A model generated the notes under the pieces. The model worked only from the letters and a program-made list of their open reading frames with translations, did no database searches and had not been told where the DNA came from. From a virus: a DNA stretch of 64,000 bases. Both the position numbers and the translations under genes were made by a program. This document shows positions 8,592 through 18,136 of the stretch, one piece after another (position 1 is the first letter of the stretch; each line of letters opens with the position of its first letter). The stretch spans positions 1 through 64,000 of the IMG/VR virus record IMGVR_UViG_3300034031_000020. The stretch is one strand, 5' to 3'.

Positions 8592-8672
8592 TTCGGTGAG
8601 TGGCCCTTGCCGGGGCTGGGCACGGCGGGCGCGGCAACGCCTACCGGGCGGGTTCGACCCCCGCCACCGACA
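8592..8672 (+). ncRNA. tRNA-like element 2
   Basis: TCGGTG/CACCGA stem; GCGGG-TTCGACC-CCCGC T-arm; two internal hairpins. Confidence 0.55.
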
Positions 8673-8706
8673 CGCACGCATCCACTGCCGACGAAAGGCC
8701 CTGCCC

Positions 8707-9054
8707 ATGCCGTACATCAGGATCCAGCCACAGCCACTCATCGACAAGTTCATGGAGGACGGTGTCGAGTGGCACCCGTTGCCCTACCCGTTCTACGTCG
8801 CCGAAGACGGGAGCGTCCAGCGCCAGGACGTCTGGAAGGGCAATCCCGCCTGGGTGATCGGATTCGTCGCCGACAAGGACCGGCACGAGGTCGACGTGAC
8901 CTGGGAGGAGGTCGACCCCACCGACCCCGCGCGGTTGGCGGAGGTCGTCGGGATGTTCCTGGTCGTGGCGGACACCGACTGGAGGTTCGCCACGTTCAGC
9001 GCGGCCATCGGCAAGGCCGAGATTGTCAGTGAGGCCGAGGTCGACGGCCTCTGA
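8707..9054 (+). CDS. hypothetical protein
   Basis: SD GAAAGG, ATG 8707, codon bias. Confidence 0.75.
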   Translation: MPYIRIQPQPLIDKFMEDGVEWHPLPYPFYVAEDGSVQRQDVWKGNPAWVIGFVADKDRHEVDVTWEEVDPTDPARLAEVVGMFLVVADTDWRFATFSAAIGKAEIVSEAEVDGL

Positions 9055-9093
9055 GTCAGCTCAGACCGCACACCTACTGCCGAAGGGAGCGCC

Positions 9094-9258
9094 ATGCACG
9101 GATCGGACATCGTCATGTGGTCCAGCATTTTCATGCTGGTCACGATCATCGTAAGCATCATCTTCCACGTCGGAAAGGAAGTGACCCGCCACATCGCCAC
9201 GGCTTGGATCCTGGGCCAAATCGCGATGATCGTCGTCTTCGCCGTCTTCTGGCGATGA
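9094..9258 (+). CDS. small two-TM membrane protein (54 aa, not in ORF track)
   Basis: SD AGGGAG; MHGSDIVMWSSIFMLVTIIVSIIF...IVVFAVFWR. Confidence 0.7.
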   Translation: MHGSDIVMWSSIFMLVTIIVSIIFHVGKEVTRHIATAWILGQIAMIVVFAVFWR

Positions 9259-9382
9259 CAGCCCGGAGCCCGTCACGCGGAGGGGGTGCGGCGGGCTCCG
9301 AGCGGCGGCACACTTCTAGCGGCGTGGCCCCGGCCGTACGCACACGGGGCACCCACACTGCCGACCAGCGAAAGGACTGATC

Positions 9383-10402
9383 ATGACAGCACGTCCGGGG
9401 AACTTCTGTTCCCCCGTAGGGAGCACCGGCACCACAGGGGCCGGGACGCCGATGGTGTGTGCCGTCGGCGACAAAGGGGGCCGCGCACGCTGGCGGGCCA
9501 GCGGGGACCAGGCCGAGCGCAAACGGCTCCGGCGGGCGCTCCTCGACGAGGCGAAGCGGGCCGGGGTCACGGTCCCGCGCGGCCTGCCGGACGACAAGGT
9601 CCGGGACCTCATCAACGCGGCTTCGTACGAACCGGTCGGCGAGTACCCGCTACCGGTCGCGCCGGTGCCGGTCGTCGTCGAGCCCGCACCCGCACCCGCT
9701 CGCGGGCCCGCACCGGCGCCACTGAGCCGGGGATGGCACGAGCAGCGGGAAGCTGAGTTCGAGCAGCAGCACCCGCTGAAGGAGGGCCCGCCCCGCCCGG
9801 GACGGCCGACCCTCGACGAGATCCGTCAGGCGCACGTCGATGCGGTCCGCGCGCAGGGCGGCGACGCCACCAAATGGGACGGCTCACCCGTGATGATCGC
9901 CGCGCTGCGGCGGCACCTGCCGCCCGGCTACGCGAAGGCTGAGGTCGACGCCGCGCTTGTCGACATGTCGTCCAGGGGTGGCAACGGGGTCGTTCTGTTC
10001 CCCGAGTCGAACCAGAAAGCCCTCCTGAACGTCCACCGGGACGGGGCCTTACGGATGGGAAACCAGGACAAGCACCTGATCTGGCTGACCCCGTACGACC
10101 TGCCCGGCAAGCCGAGGACGACGCTGCACGCAGTCTGGGCGACGTACAGCAAGTTGGCCGGGGAGCCGGGCCGTCCGGTACGCCTGTCCGCCCTGCGCAG
10201 TGCGCTGCCGGATGTGTCCCGCGACGACATGAACACCGTCTTGCGCTGGCTGACGTACAACGATCAGCGGGTCCGGCTGGAACCGGAGCCCTTCCGGCAC
10301 AGGATCTCCGCCGCCGACCGTGAGGCTGCGCTCCAGCTTGGCGGGGAACCTCGCCACACGATCCTCATCGGGGCCCGGCTCAACCAGACCGGCGGCGCCT
10401 GA
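9383..10402 (+). CDS. hypothetical protein with tandem duplicated winged-helix-like domain
   Basis: Two similar units (ALRRHLP..VDAAL..LFPESNQK..GNQDKHLI / ALRSALP..MNTVL..LEPEPFRH..GGEPRHTI). Confidence 0.7.
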   Translation: MTARPGNFCSPVGSTGTTGAGTPMVCAVGDKGGRARWRASGDQAERKRLRRALLDEAKRAGVTVPRGLPDDKVRDLINAASYEPVGEYPLPVAPVPVVVEPAPAPARGPAPAPLSRGWHEQREAEFEQQHPLKEGPPRPGRPTLDEIRQAHVDAVRAQGGDATKWDGSPVMIAALRRHLPPGYAKAEVDAALVDMSSRGGNGVVLFPESNQKALLNVHRDGALRMGNQDKHLIWLTPYDLPGKPRTTLHAVWATYSKLAGEPGRPVRLSALRSALPDVSRDDMNTVLRWLTYNDQRVRLEPEPFRHRISAADREAALQLGGEPRHTILIGARLNQTGGA

Positions 10403-10830
10403 TGGCCGTCGGGGGTGGCCGGGCACCGGTCGTGGTGGCGCTCCAGCTCGCGGTCCCGCTGTGGCTGGCGGAGTTGGAGGCGCTGCCGAAGGCGGAGGGT
10501 GACGCGCTCGCGCAGAAGTGGGCGGACGCGGGCGCGACCCTGGTCGTCGAGCACGGCGAGGATCCGCAGTACGACCGACCCGGACGCCGAGCGGTCGTCG
10601 TGAGGGGGCTCGCGCGGGGGCTCGCGGCCCTGGCACGATGCCCGGGTGGGGTCCGCTTCCTGGACCTCATGTGGTGCTCCCGGCACTCGACGGGCGGGCG
10701 CCCGGCGGAGTCGTGGGAGGCGTGCTGCCGGTACTGCGTCAGCGCACACGAAGGCGTACAGCACCTGCCGGACCGGCCGGAGCCGCTGCGCCGGTTGCAG
10801 GAGATCATCGTCAGGGAGGTGACGCTGTGA
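10402..10830 (+). CDS. hypothetical protein
   Basis: TGATG coupling to the upstream gene. Confidence 0.6.
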   Translation: MAVGGGRAPVVVALQLAVPLWLAELEALPKAEGDALAQKWADAGATLVVEHGEDPQYDRPGRRAVVVRGLARGLAALARCPGGVRFLDLMWCSRHSTGGRPAESWEACCRYCVSAHEGVQHLPDRPEPLRRLQEIIVREVTL

Positions 10831-11402
10831 GTGAATGCCAGTTCCTGATGGTCCCCGTCGACGGACCGGTCCGGGTGGTCGGGAGTCACCCGCACCCGCA
10901 CCGGGTGTCAGACGCCCTCGGCGGGGCTATCCCCGCGCCGGTGTACTTCGGCACAGGGCGGCACGCCGCGTGGGTGCGGGAGGACTGCCAGTCGGAGGGT
11001 CTGGAACGCAACATCCTGGCCACGATCATGGGTCTGATCCTGGGTGGTGTACCGGTGCCGATCCTCGGCCCGGCGGCGATCACCCAGATCGCTGGCGAAG
11101 CCAGCGGCGGATACGTCGTCGGGGTGGCCGAGGGCTTCGACGATGGCCAGTGCCAGGCGTTCCTCCGGATCGGCATGGACTGCCGGTGGGCGATCGACGG
11201 CCACGACGACGGGTTCAGCTACGACACCATGGACGCGGAGTGGGCGGCGAACGTCCGCAAGGCCGCCGAGTGGTGCCACGACCTGGACATCCCGCAGAAC
11301 TACCCGTACTGCATGGCCGCCGCGCCGGACGACGACGTCGCGACGATCCTGCGTCGCCTGGGCCTCGGCCAGCAGTTCGCCCCCGTACCGATCCGGGCGT
11401 AA
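10827..11402 (+). CDS. hypothetical protein (DUF3846-like)
   Basis: GTGA overlap, SD GGAGG; N.LAT...PILGPA motif. Confidence 0.65.
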   Translation: MSECQFLMVPVDGPVRVVGSHPHPHRVSDALGGAIPAPVYFGTGRHAAWVREDCQSEGLERNILATIMGLILGGVPVPILGPAAITQIAGEASGGYVVGVAEGFDDGQCQAFLRIGMDCRWAIDGHDDGFSYDTMDAEWAANVRKAAEWCHDLDIPQNYPYCMAAAPDDDVATILRRLGLGQQFAPVPIRA

Positions 11403-11425
11403 CCAGGGCCGAAGCCCTGGCGAAG

Positions 11426-11446
11426 TAACGGCCTCCCTGTTATTCT
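11426..11446 (+). promoter_or_regulatory. middle promoter with single TAAC-N9-GTTA site
   Basis: TAACGGCCTCCCTGTTA 11426-11442 overlaps -10 TATTCT 11441-11446; preceded by a hairpin at 11403-11420. Confidence 0.55.
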
Positions 11447-11485
11447 GTAGTGGTAATCACCACTGCCGACAGGGAGGCCGTTCCT

Positions 11486-11776
11486 ATGCCGACCGACACC
11501 CCCAAGGGCCGCAAGCTGGTCCCGCTGTACCCGACGAGGTCCCGCCTGTCCCTGCTCCGGCTCGTCCGGGACGGCGCCGTGTACGAGCCGACGTGGGAGC
11601 CGCGCACGTTCCGCGTGGCGAACGCCGGAGTCGTCACCAGCCTCATCCGGGGGATGCATCGGGCAGGGTGGGTCAAGCTCACCCCCGCCACCCGCGACGC
11701 CGAGACCCGCCTCCGCCAGGTCGTCCTCGACGACCTCGGTGCGCGGATCCTCGCCAAAGACGAGAGGAAATCATGA
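11486..11776 (+). CDS. small winged-helix-like protein
   Basis: SD GGGAGG; MHRAGWV...LDDLGARIL wing pattern. Confidence 0.65.
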   Translation: MPTDTPKGRKLVPLYPTRSRLSLLRLVRDGAVYEPTWEPRTFRVANAGVVTSLIRGMHRAGWVKLTPATRDAETRLRQVVLDDLGARILAKDERKS

Positions 11777-12630
11777 ACAGACTGACCGAGGTCCCCGAGC
11801 TGTGCACCCGGGCGACGTGCGACGGCCAACGACCGCACATCGTCCACCCCGCCGACGGCCGGGTGTTGCCGCCCGTGCCCGCACCGCCCACCCTGCGGAT
11901 CCCCCTCGACTTCGTCGACGACCTGCCGGAGGGCCCGGAGGTGACAGAACTTAGCGAGGCAAACCCACGCGGGCAGCAGATCCACCAGCTCGCGCAGGAC
12001 CTCCTCCGAGGTGAGACGGTGTCGGCGCCGGTGACGCTGCCGGTGCCGGTGCCGAAGGGCTCCGCCGGGCACGAGTTCGCGCTTGGGGCGTACGCGGGGA
12101 GCCCCGACTTGAGGGGAATCGGGGTTGCCGACAAGGTCGCTGACGCGGACGTCGGACTCTACGAGGCGGGATCGGATTGGTCCGGCCCTGACGGGATCCG
12201 GTTCCAGCGACTCGAAGACCTCCACCGGCTGGAGCGCGGGCGGGCCCGGCTCGCCGCCGCGCTGGCCGAGGCGTTCAGCCGGGAGGAGCTGGGCCGACTG
12301 TTCGACGACCTGCCGGACAGCGAGGCGAACCCCACGGAGCGGGCCCTGGTGACCGCCGTCGGGACCGCGTGGTCCGAGTATTCGACGCTGAGAAACCTGA
12401 CCCGGCACACGGAACAGGAGGCCGAGCAGGCGGGCATGGGGGCTCACCCGGAGCGGGGGGACGAGGTGGAGGCGTGGCTGAAGCGGCGCCGTGACAGTCA
12501 CGTCGACGCCGGTGGCTGGGGCTCGCCGGAGTGGCACGCCGTGGACTCGCTGCTGGACGACTACCGCGAGCACGCCGACACGGGGACCCCGCTGGACCTC
12601 GACGTCATCGGCCCCGGCGGGGTGGAGTGA
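11773..12630 (+). CDS. hypothetical protein
   Basis: ATGA overlap, SD GAGG. Confidence 0.7.
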   Translation: MNRLTEVPELCTRATCDGQRPHIVHPADGRVLPPVPAPPTLRIPLDFVDDLPEGPEVTELSEANPRGQQIHQLAQDLLRGETVSAPVTLPVPVPKGSAGHEFALGAYAGSPDLRGIGVADKVADADVGLYEAGSDWSGPDGIRFQRLEDLHRLERGRARLAAALAEAFSREELGRLFDDLPDSEANPTERALVTAVGTAWSEYSTLRNLTRHTEQEAEQAGMGAHPERGDEVEAWLKRRRDSHVDAGGWGSPEWHAVDSLLDDYREHADTGTPLDLDVIGPGGVE

Positions 12631-12631
12631 C

Positions 12632-12805
12632 GTGGCGCAGACAGCCGAAGCCGCCGCGCTCGTCGCCGTCCTGAACGAGGACACCGACGAGGCCCGCCGC
12701 GTGCTGGAGGACTTCTTTCCGACCGAGCTTCATGAGTTCGCCAAACAGGTCTCTGACCTGGCCGACCTGATCGACGAGACGCTCCGGGGGAAGGGCGCCC
12801 GATGA
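12632..12805 (+). CDS. hypothetical protein
   Basis: GTG after SD GGAG; coupled to the next gene. Confidence 0.6.
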   Translation: MAQTAEAAALVAVLNEDTDEARRVLEDFFPTELHEFAKQVSDLADLIDETLRGKGAR

Positions 12806-12990
12806 ACTTCCTGCAACGGATGGAGGCTGGGCAGCGGATCGCTGCCCGGCTCGGCGCCGGGCAGATCGACCGGGCGACCGCCGAGGTCGAGCTGTTCCTG
12901 GCGTGGGACGGAACCGTCGCCGCGACCGACGGCACCGTCCAGCGGTTCCTCGACAACCACCAGACCGCACCGGAGGGGAGTCGCCCGTGA
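12802..12990 (+). CDS. hypothetical protein
   Basis: ATGA/GTGA overlaps on both sides. Confidence 0.6.
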   Translation: MNFLQRMEAGQRIAARLGAGQIDRATAEVELFLAWDGTVAATDGTVQRFLDNHQTAPEGSRP

Positions 12991-13880
12991 GGCCGAAGCT
13001 GAAGCGCGCCGGGCGGAGCCGGTACTACGTCGACCTTGACGCGCCGGAGCCCGGCCAGCCCGCCGACCTGGACCCGAAAAAGGTCAAGTACCAGCGCATC
13101 CCGGGGGTGACCACGATCGTCCGGAACGGGATGCCGAAGGAGGCCCTCACCCGGTACGCGGGGACGTCGACGGCGGAGTACGCCGTGGACTACTGGGACG
13201 AGCTCGCCGCACTGCCCCCGGCGGAACGCCTCAAGCGGATCAACGCTGGCCGGTACGAGAACCGCGACAGCGCGGCGCAGCGCGGGCAGCAGATCCACCA
13301 GCTCGCGCAGAAACTCGTCCGAGGAGAGACGGTGCCCGTGCCGGAAGACCTCAACGGGTACGTCCGGGGCGCCGTCCGATTCATGGACGAGTTCGCGATC
13401 GAGCCGATCGTGGAAGAGCTGACAGTGTTCTCGCCGACGCACTACTACTGCGGGACGCTCGACCTGGGGGCGTACGCGGAGATCCCCGACCTCCCCGACT
13501 TCGACTGGATCCCGATCGACGACGACGGCCGGGCGCGGGGGCTGTTCGACTACAAGACCAGCCGGTCCGGGATCTGGGGGGACCTGGCGTACCAGTTGGC
13601 CCCGTACCGGTTCGCCGAGTTCGCCATGGTGCCCGACGGGGACGGCGGGTTCGAGATCGACACGGTCCCCGAGTTCGATTTCTGCGCCGGGGTGCACCTA
13701 CGGCCGGACGGCACGTACAGCGTGGTCCCCGTCGAGTGCGAGTGGGGCCAGTTCGAGGACTTCCTGGTCATCAAGGCGAACGCCGGGGTCGTCGAGCGCA
13801 GCAAGAACCTCGTCCTCTCCGAGCTGGTGCCGCCGCGTACGACCCGTTTCCGCCTGACTGAGATTGCCGAGGCCGTGTGA
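12987..13880 (+). CDS. PD-(D/E)XK (RecB/Cas4-like) exonuclease
   Basis: PGVTTI, RGQQIH, YCGTLDL, FDYKTS, QLAPY motifs; adjacent to the ERF gene. Confidence 0.85.
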   Translation: MRPKLKRAGRSRYYVDLDAPEPGQPADLDPKKVKYQRIPGVTTIVRNGMPKEALTRYAGTSTAEYAVDYWDELAALPPAERLKRINAGRYENRDSAAQRGQQIHQLAQKLVRGETVPVPEDLNGYVRGAVRFMDEFAIEPIVEELTVFSPTHYYCGTLDLGAYAEIPDLPDFDWIPIDDDGRARGLFDYKTSRSGIWGDLAYQLAPYRFAEFAMVPDGDGGFEIDTVPEFDFCAGVHLRPDGTYSVVPVECEWGQFEDFLVIKANAGVVERSKNLVLSELVPPRTTRFRLTEIAEAV

Positions 13881-14770
13881 TGACCGAACCGCCCCAGGGC
13901 TCGCCCCTGATGAACATCACGCCGGAGTTGTGCGCCGCACTGGCGAAGCTCCAGGCCGACCTCCCTGAGATCGCCCGGGACCGGAAGGTGGAGGTAGAGA
14001 CGAAGGGCGACAAGCCGAACTACTCGTACTCCTACGCCACCCTCGCCTACATCACCAAGCAGATCATGCCGAAGCTCGGCACCCTGGGCCTGTCGTACTC
14101 GGCGTACCCGGGGACGTCCGTCGACGGCAAGGGGATGTGCCTGCGGTACTTCCTGCTCCACCTCTCCGGCGGGTTCATCGGTGGGGAGTTCCCGCTGTCC
14201 GGGGAGGGAGGGATCCAGACCCTCGGCGGGCGGATCACGTACGCGAAGCGGTACGCGCTGCTGGCCGTGACTGGGCTCGCCGCCGAGGAAGACGACGACG
14301 CCGCCCGCGCGCAGGCCGAGGACGAAGCCGCCGGGGGCGGGCGGACCGCGACCCGCAAACCCCGTCCTGCCGCCGCCGCCGCCCGGGTGGAGCAGGCCGC
14401 GACGAACACAGCCCGGCGGCGGGCGGCCGTCACCGGCGAACCTCCCGCCGAGGCGAGCGCGCCCGCGCAGGCCGAGCCGGTGCACCCGCCGACGGTGCCC
14501 GACGACCCGGCGTCCGGGCCGCAACAGCAGACGCTCGCGATCCAGTTCAAGAAGCTGAACGTCCCGGAACGTGACAGGCGGCTCCAGATCGTGTCGGGAC
14601 TCATGGGCCGCGACGTCGGATCGATCAAGGACCTGTCCGCCGGGGAGGCCCACGAACTGATCGACTTGGTTGACATCGCCCTGCGATCGGAACAGCCTAT
14701 GGAGACCCTGCGCACGGCCGCCGAATCACGGTCGGCCGCCGCAACTGCCGAAGGGACACCGGAACAGTGA
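13880..14770 (+). CDS. ERF-family single-strand annealing protein
   Basis: ALAKLQADLP, YSYATL, GGRITYAKRYALLAVTGLAAEEDDDA. Confidence 0.9.
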   Translation: MTEPPQGSPLMNITPELCAALAKLQADLPEIARDRKVEVETKGDKPNYSYSYATLAYITKQIMPKLGTLGLSYSAYPGTSVDGKGMCLRYFLLHLSGGFIGGEFPLSGEGGIQTLGGRITYAKRYALLAVTGLAAEEDDDAARAQAEDEAAGGGRTATRKPRPAAAAARVEQAATNTARRRAAVTGEPPAEASAPAQAEPVHPPTVPDDPASGPQQQTLAIQFKKLNVPERDRRLQIVSGLMGRDVGSIKDLSAGEAHELIDLVDIALRSEQPMETLRTAAESRSAAATAEGTPEQ

Positions 14771-15054
14771 TCACGCACACCGGTCCGATCAGCCCCGTCC
14801 GGGCCATCCGGAACGGGCTCAACCTGGCCGCCGACACCCTCGACCCGCTGCGCAACGGCGGGGAGACCCACGAGGTCCGACTCCCGGGCTACCTCGTGGC
14901 GGAGCTGCTGCGCGACGCGGCGAACACGTACGCCGACCTGGAGGACCGGACCGGACCCGGCGACTCGCCGGAGGACATCCTCCAGGCGACCGCCCACGAC
15001 CCCGCCGTCCAGGTCGCGAACATCGTCCTAGACGGCGTGGTGATCCACTCATGA
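14767..15054 (+). CDS. hypothetical protein
   Basis: GTGA overlap chain. Confidence 0.6.
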   Translation: MITHTGPISPVRAIRNGLNLAADTLDPLRNGGETHEVRLPGYLVAELLRDAANTYADLEDRTGPGDSPEDILQATAHDPAVQVANIVLDGVVIHS

Positions 15055-15317
15055 CCGGCCAGGGCATCACCCGCGCCGAGGCACTCACCCACGCTGTGCG
15101 GCTGGCCCGGTTGAGCGAGGACCCCTGCACGGCCGCCGAGCGCGCGGACGTGGTTCGTCGGGCCACCATGTGGGCGAGTATCGCCTCGCTACTGGAATCG
15201 GAGCGGGAGGGATACCAGTTCGCACGGTGCCCTCATCAGAAAATCGTGTCATTCAACGACGGCACGTGGATGCACACCAATACGGACCGGTGCGACCGGA
15301 TGGGGGTCGGATCATGA
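15051..15317 (+). CDS. hypothetical protein
   Basis: ATGA overlap chain. Confidence 0.6.
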   Translation: MTGQGITRAEALTHAVRLARLSEDPCTAAERADVVRRATMWASIASLLESEREGYQFARCPHQKIVSFNDGTWMHTNTDRCDRMGVGS

Positions 15318-15586
15318 GGCGCCGACTCGCCGACCTGTTGCGCCGGTGGGCCGACCGGGTCGACGACACGTCCGGGCCTCGGATGATGGGGCCGCACTCC
15401 TTCACCATCGAGCCGAGGGAAGGAGTGAGGTTCCGCACCGATGGCCGGGGGACCCCGCTGTGCTACCTGATGGAGCACTACCACCTGGCGCACGACGAAG
15501 CCGACACGGAGCACACCGTCGTCCTGTGGCGCAACATCGTCGAGGGCAAGGTCCCGTTCACCCGCCGGGCGGGGGGCCTGTCGTGA
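15314..15586 (+). CDS. hypothetical protein
   Basis: ATGA overlap chain. Confidence 0.65.
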   Translation: MRRRLADLLRRWADRVDDTSGPRMMGPHSFTIEPREGVRFRTDGRGTPLCYLMEHYHLAHDEADTEHTVVLWRNIVEGKVPFTRRAGGLS

Positions 15587-16233
15587 ACGCGGTCATCGGC
15601 GGGGACCTGTCCCTGAAGCGGACCGGGATCTGCCTGCCGAACGGGCAGACGTTCCACATCGCGACCGGTGAAAAGGTGCGCGGCGACTACCGCCTCCACG
15701 ACCTGGGGCGGGCGTGGCGGCACTACCTGCGCGCGAACCCCTGCGACCTGGCCGTCCTCGAACACCCCGTCCGGTTCCAGTCGGCCGACGCCGCGATCGC
15801 CGTCGGCATGGCCCACGGGGTGTGCCGGGAGATCCTCGCCGAACTGCGGATCCCCGTCGCCCTGATCAACCCCAGCACCCTGAAGATGTTCGCCTGCGGG
15901 AAGGGGAGCGCAGACAAAGCCGAGATGATCGCCGCCGCGAACCGGCACCGGGAGGCCCGGCGGGCGTGGCCCGGCGCGCCGGAGATCCGGCCGATCGTCG
16001 ACGACAACGAGGCTGACGCGTGGTGGTTGCGGGCCATGGGCCTGTGGCACCTCGGGGAACGCGTCGTGAACGAGTCCGCTGACTCGTTCCTGCACGCCGA
16101 CACGGTCCGGGAGAAGGCGTGCCACGGGCCGTGGAAGGTCGAGGGGAAGTCGGGCGCGAAGTGGCCCGAGGTCGGAGCGCGGACCGCCGCTCGCGCTACC
16201 ACCCGACCTCGGGCCACTCGCGGCCGACTGTAG
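15583..16233 (+). CDS. ruvC: RuvC-like Holliday junction resolvase
   Basis: IGGDLSLKRTG, LAVLE, PSTLKMFACGKGSADKAEM, DDNEADA. Confidence 0.9.
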   Translation: MNAVIGGDLSLKRTGICLPNGQTFHIATGEKVRGDYRLHDLGRAWRHYLRANPCDLAVLEHPVRFQSADAAIAVGMAHGVCREILAELRIPVALINPSTLKMFACGKGSADKAEMIAAANRHREARRAWPGAPEIRPIVDDNEADAWWLRAMGLWHLGERVVNESADSFLHADTVREKACHGPWKVEGKSGAKWPEVGARTAARATTRPRATRGRL

Positions 16234-16302
16234 CCGTCGGCCTGACGCTCTCACCGCCCGCACACCTGACCAGAGACGCACTATCGAGAGAGACGATCGC
16301 AG

Positions 16303-16800
16303 ATGAGCATACTCACCCCCGGGCAGGATCTCAGATATCAGGCGCAACGCCGGGCGTACGCCCTGGGCGGACCGGTCCAGGTACGGGACTGGGAACTCCC
16401 GGCGGGCGACGGTGCGTGGACCCTCCTGGCCCGGTGCGGGCAGCAGCAGCCGGGCGCCCCTGACCCGGACATGTTCTTCCCACTGAAGAGTGACAGCGCC
16501 GAGACGTACCAGGCGCAGGCGTACTGCGCGCAGTGCCCCGTCCGGGACCTGTGCGACCAGGCGGCCACCAAGAACCGGTGGGTCGGCGTGTGGGGCGGCA
16601 TCCTGCGCGACGACCGGGGCAACCCGGTGCCGCTGTGCAAGGAACCCGGGTGCCTGCGGTACCGGGCCGTCGGCGCCGCCCGGTGCGGACCGTGCGGCAC
16701 CCGGTTCGGCCGCCCCCGCGCATCCCGGGCGGCATCACAGACCCCGGCGACCGAACTGGTCGCCGAGACCACCGAACGAGAGGTGGTGATGGTCGCGTGA
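16303..16800 (+). CDS. whiB: WhiB-family Fe-S transcription factor with extra C-terminal Cys4 motif
   Basis: ARC...PDMFFP...AQAYCAQCPVRDLC...GVWGG; additional CKEPGC...CGPC. Confidence 0.9.
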   Translation: MSILTPGQDLRYQAQRRAYALGGPVQVRDWELPAGDGAWTLLARCGQQQPGAPDPDMFFPLKSDSAETYQAQAYCAQCPVRDLCDQAATKNRWVGVWGGILRDDRGNPVPLCKEPGCLRYRAVGAARCGPCGTRFGRPRASRAASQTPATELVAETTEREVVMVA

Positions 16801-17033
16801 GCATCCTCCGCTGTCACTGGTGCGGCAACGAAGCACAGCACCGGGTCAAGGCCCGGGGCGGCGACGGCGGACGTATGGAGATCGTGTACTGCGACCCGGA
16901 GGCGCCCTGTTGGGACAAGACGTTCAAGGTCGCGAAGAACCATCCGTATCAGGACTGGACACCGATCGAGCAGGCCAAACGGGGCCACCCCGACCTGTTC
17001 GATCTCTTACCCGATGAGGGGAAAACCGCATGA
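16797..17033 (+). CDS. small zinc-finger protein
   Basis: CHWCG...YCDPEAPC; GTGA overlap. Confidence 0.65.
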   Translation: MSILRCHWCGNEAQHRVKARGGDGGRMEIVYCDPEAPCWDKTFKVAKNHPYQDWTPIEQAKRGHPDLFDLLPDEGKTA

Positions 17034-17815
17034 GTGGTGGATCGAAATTCAGCTCCGAAGTCCCGAAGGGCGACGCGTGGGGCGTGGAGAACGCCGTCGC
17101 TGAGGCCGCCGCCGAGTTCGAGGCGACCGGCCACAGCCCGATGATCCCGTGCATCGCGGTGATCGGAATCAAAGAGGTTCAGCTCCGGTCCGGCGACGAC
17201 GGCCCCACCCGGGTCGCGGTCGTGAACATCCGCCGGATCGAGGCACTCACCACCGACAGCGCCATCCGGACCGGGCAGAAGCTCGTCATGAAGGCGATGG
17301 AGAACCGGCGCGGCCCCGACACCATGCTCCCGTTCGACGAAGCCGAAATGATCACGCAGGCATTCGGCGGGGTCGACGTCGCGACCCTCGAACGAGAGGA
17401 GCAAGACGCCCGGGAACTGGCCGAGGACAAGGCGATGGACGACCCGCAACGTCTACGGCGACACCTCGTCGCCGTCCACAACCACACTGCCGACGAGATC
17501 GAAGGCATGGAGTGGGCCGACGTCCGGACCCTGCACGACTCCGACCACGAACGCGACCCCGCCGACGGCCTCGTCCCCCACGACAAGGACTGGTGGGAGT
17601 GGCGACGGGCCTCGCTCGAAGCGGCCGAAGCGGACGCGGACGCCGAGAACACTGCCGACCCTGACGACGGACCCGCCACGGAGATAGAGGACGGCGAGGA
17701 CGAGGAGGAGGACGACCTGCCGACGCACATGGTCGACAACCTGCCCGACGACGACGCTCCCGCAGTGCCGGGAGTCGAGTTCAGCGGCGACGACAAGAAC
17801 AGCACGGAGGACTAA
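17030..17815 (+). CDS. hypothetical acidic protein
   Basis: ATGA overlap, codon bias, D/E-rich tail. Confidence 0.75.
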   Translation: MSGGSKFSSEVPKGDAWGVENAVAEAAAEFEATGHSPMIPCIAVIGIKEVQLRSGDDGPTRVAVVNIRRIEALTTDSAIRTGQKLVMKAMENRRGPDTMLPFDEAEMITQAFGGVDVATLEREEQDARELAEDKAMDDPQRLRRHLVAVHNHTADEIEGMEWADVRTLHDSDHERDPADGLVPHDKDWWEWRRASLEAAEADADAENTADPDDGPATEIEDGEDEEEDDLPTHMVDNLPDDDAPAVPGVEFSGDDKNSTED

Positions 17816-18136
17816 ATGCGCTGGGCGGAACTGGTTGCGGACTGCCGCGACAAGGGTCTGACCCCCCCGACGTACCGGCAGATGGACGGCTGGTCGACGA
17901 AGGGTCTGATCAAGTTCGAGAACCGACTGGGACACCCCGGGGGCCAGTTCCGCTGGTGGCCGCCGGAGGAGATCGGCGTCGCTGTGGCCGTGGCGCGGCT
18001 CGTCCGCGTCGGCCTGGACGTCGACCTCGCGTTCCAGGTCGCCAGGACGAAGCCGGACAAGTTCGGGTGTCGGCGCCTCATCCTGGACGGAGGCTCGCGC
18101 CCGCGAATCGCGGTCGAGATCGACGGCTTCCAGTGA
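17816..18136 (+). CDS. MerR-like HTH DNA-binding protein
   Basis: TYRQMDGWSTKGLI...GQFRWW...VARLVRVG. Confidence 0.7.
   Translation: MRWAELVADCRDKGLTPPTYRQMDGWSTKGLIKFENRLGHPGGQFRWWPPEEIGVAVAVARLVRVGLDVDLAFQVARTKPDKFGCRRLILDGGSRPRIAVEIDGFQ

Noticed and set aside
8433-8672. Canonical tRNA genes
   Set aside because: No standard D-loop or 7-nt anticodon loop, so no anticodon can be assigned; kept as tRNA-like only
12987-13880. Cas4-like nuclease as a CRISPR adaptation gene
   Set aside because: No Fe-S Cys pattern, cas1 or array; it is paired with ERF as a standard phage recombination module
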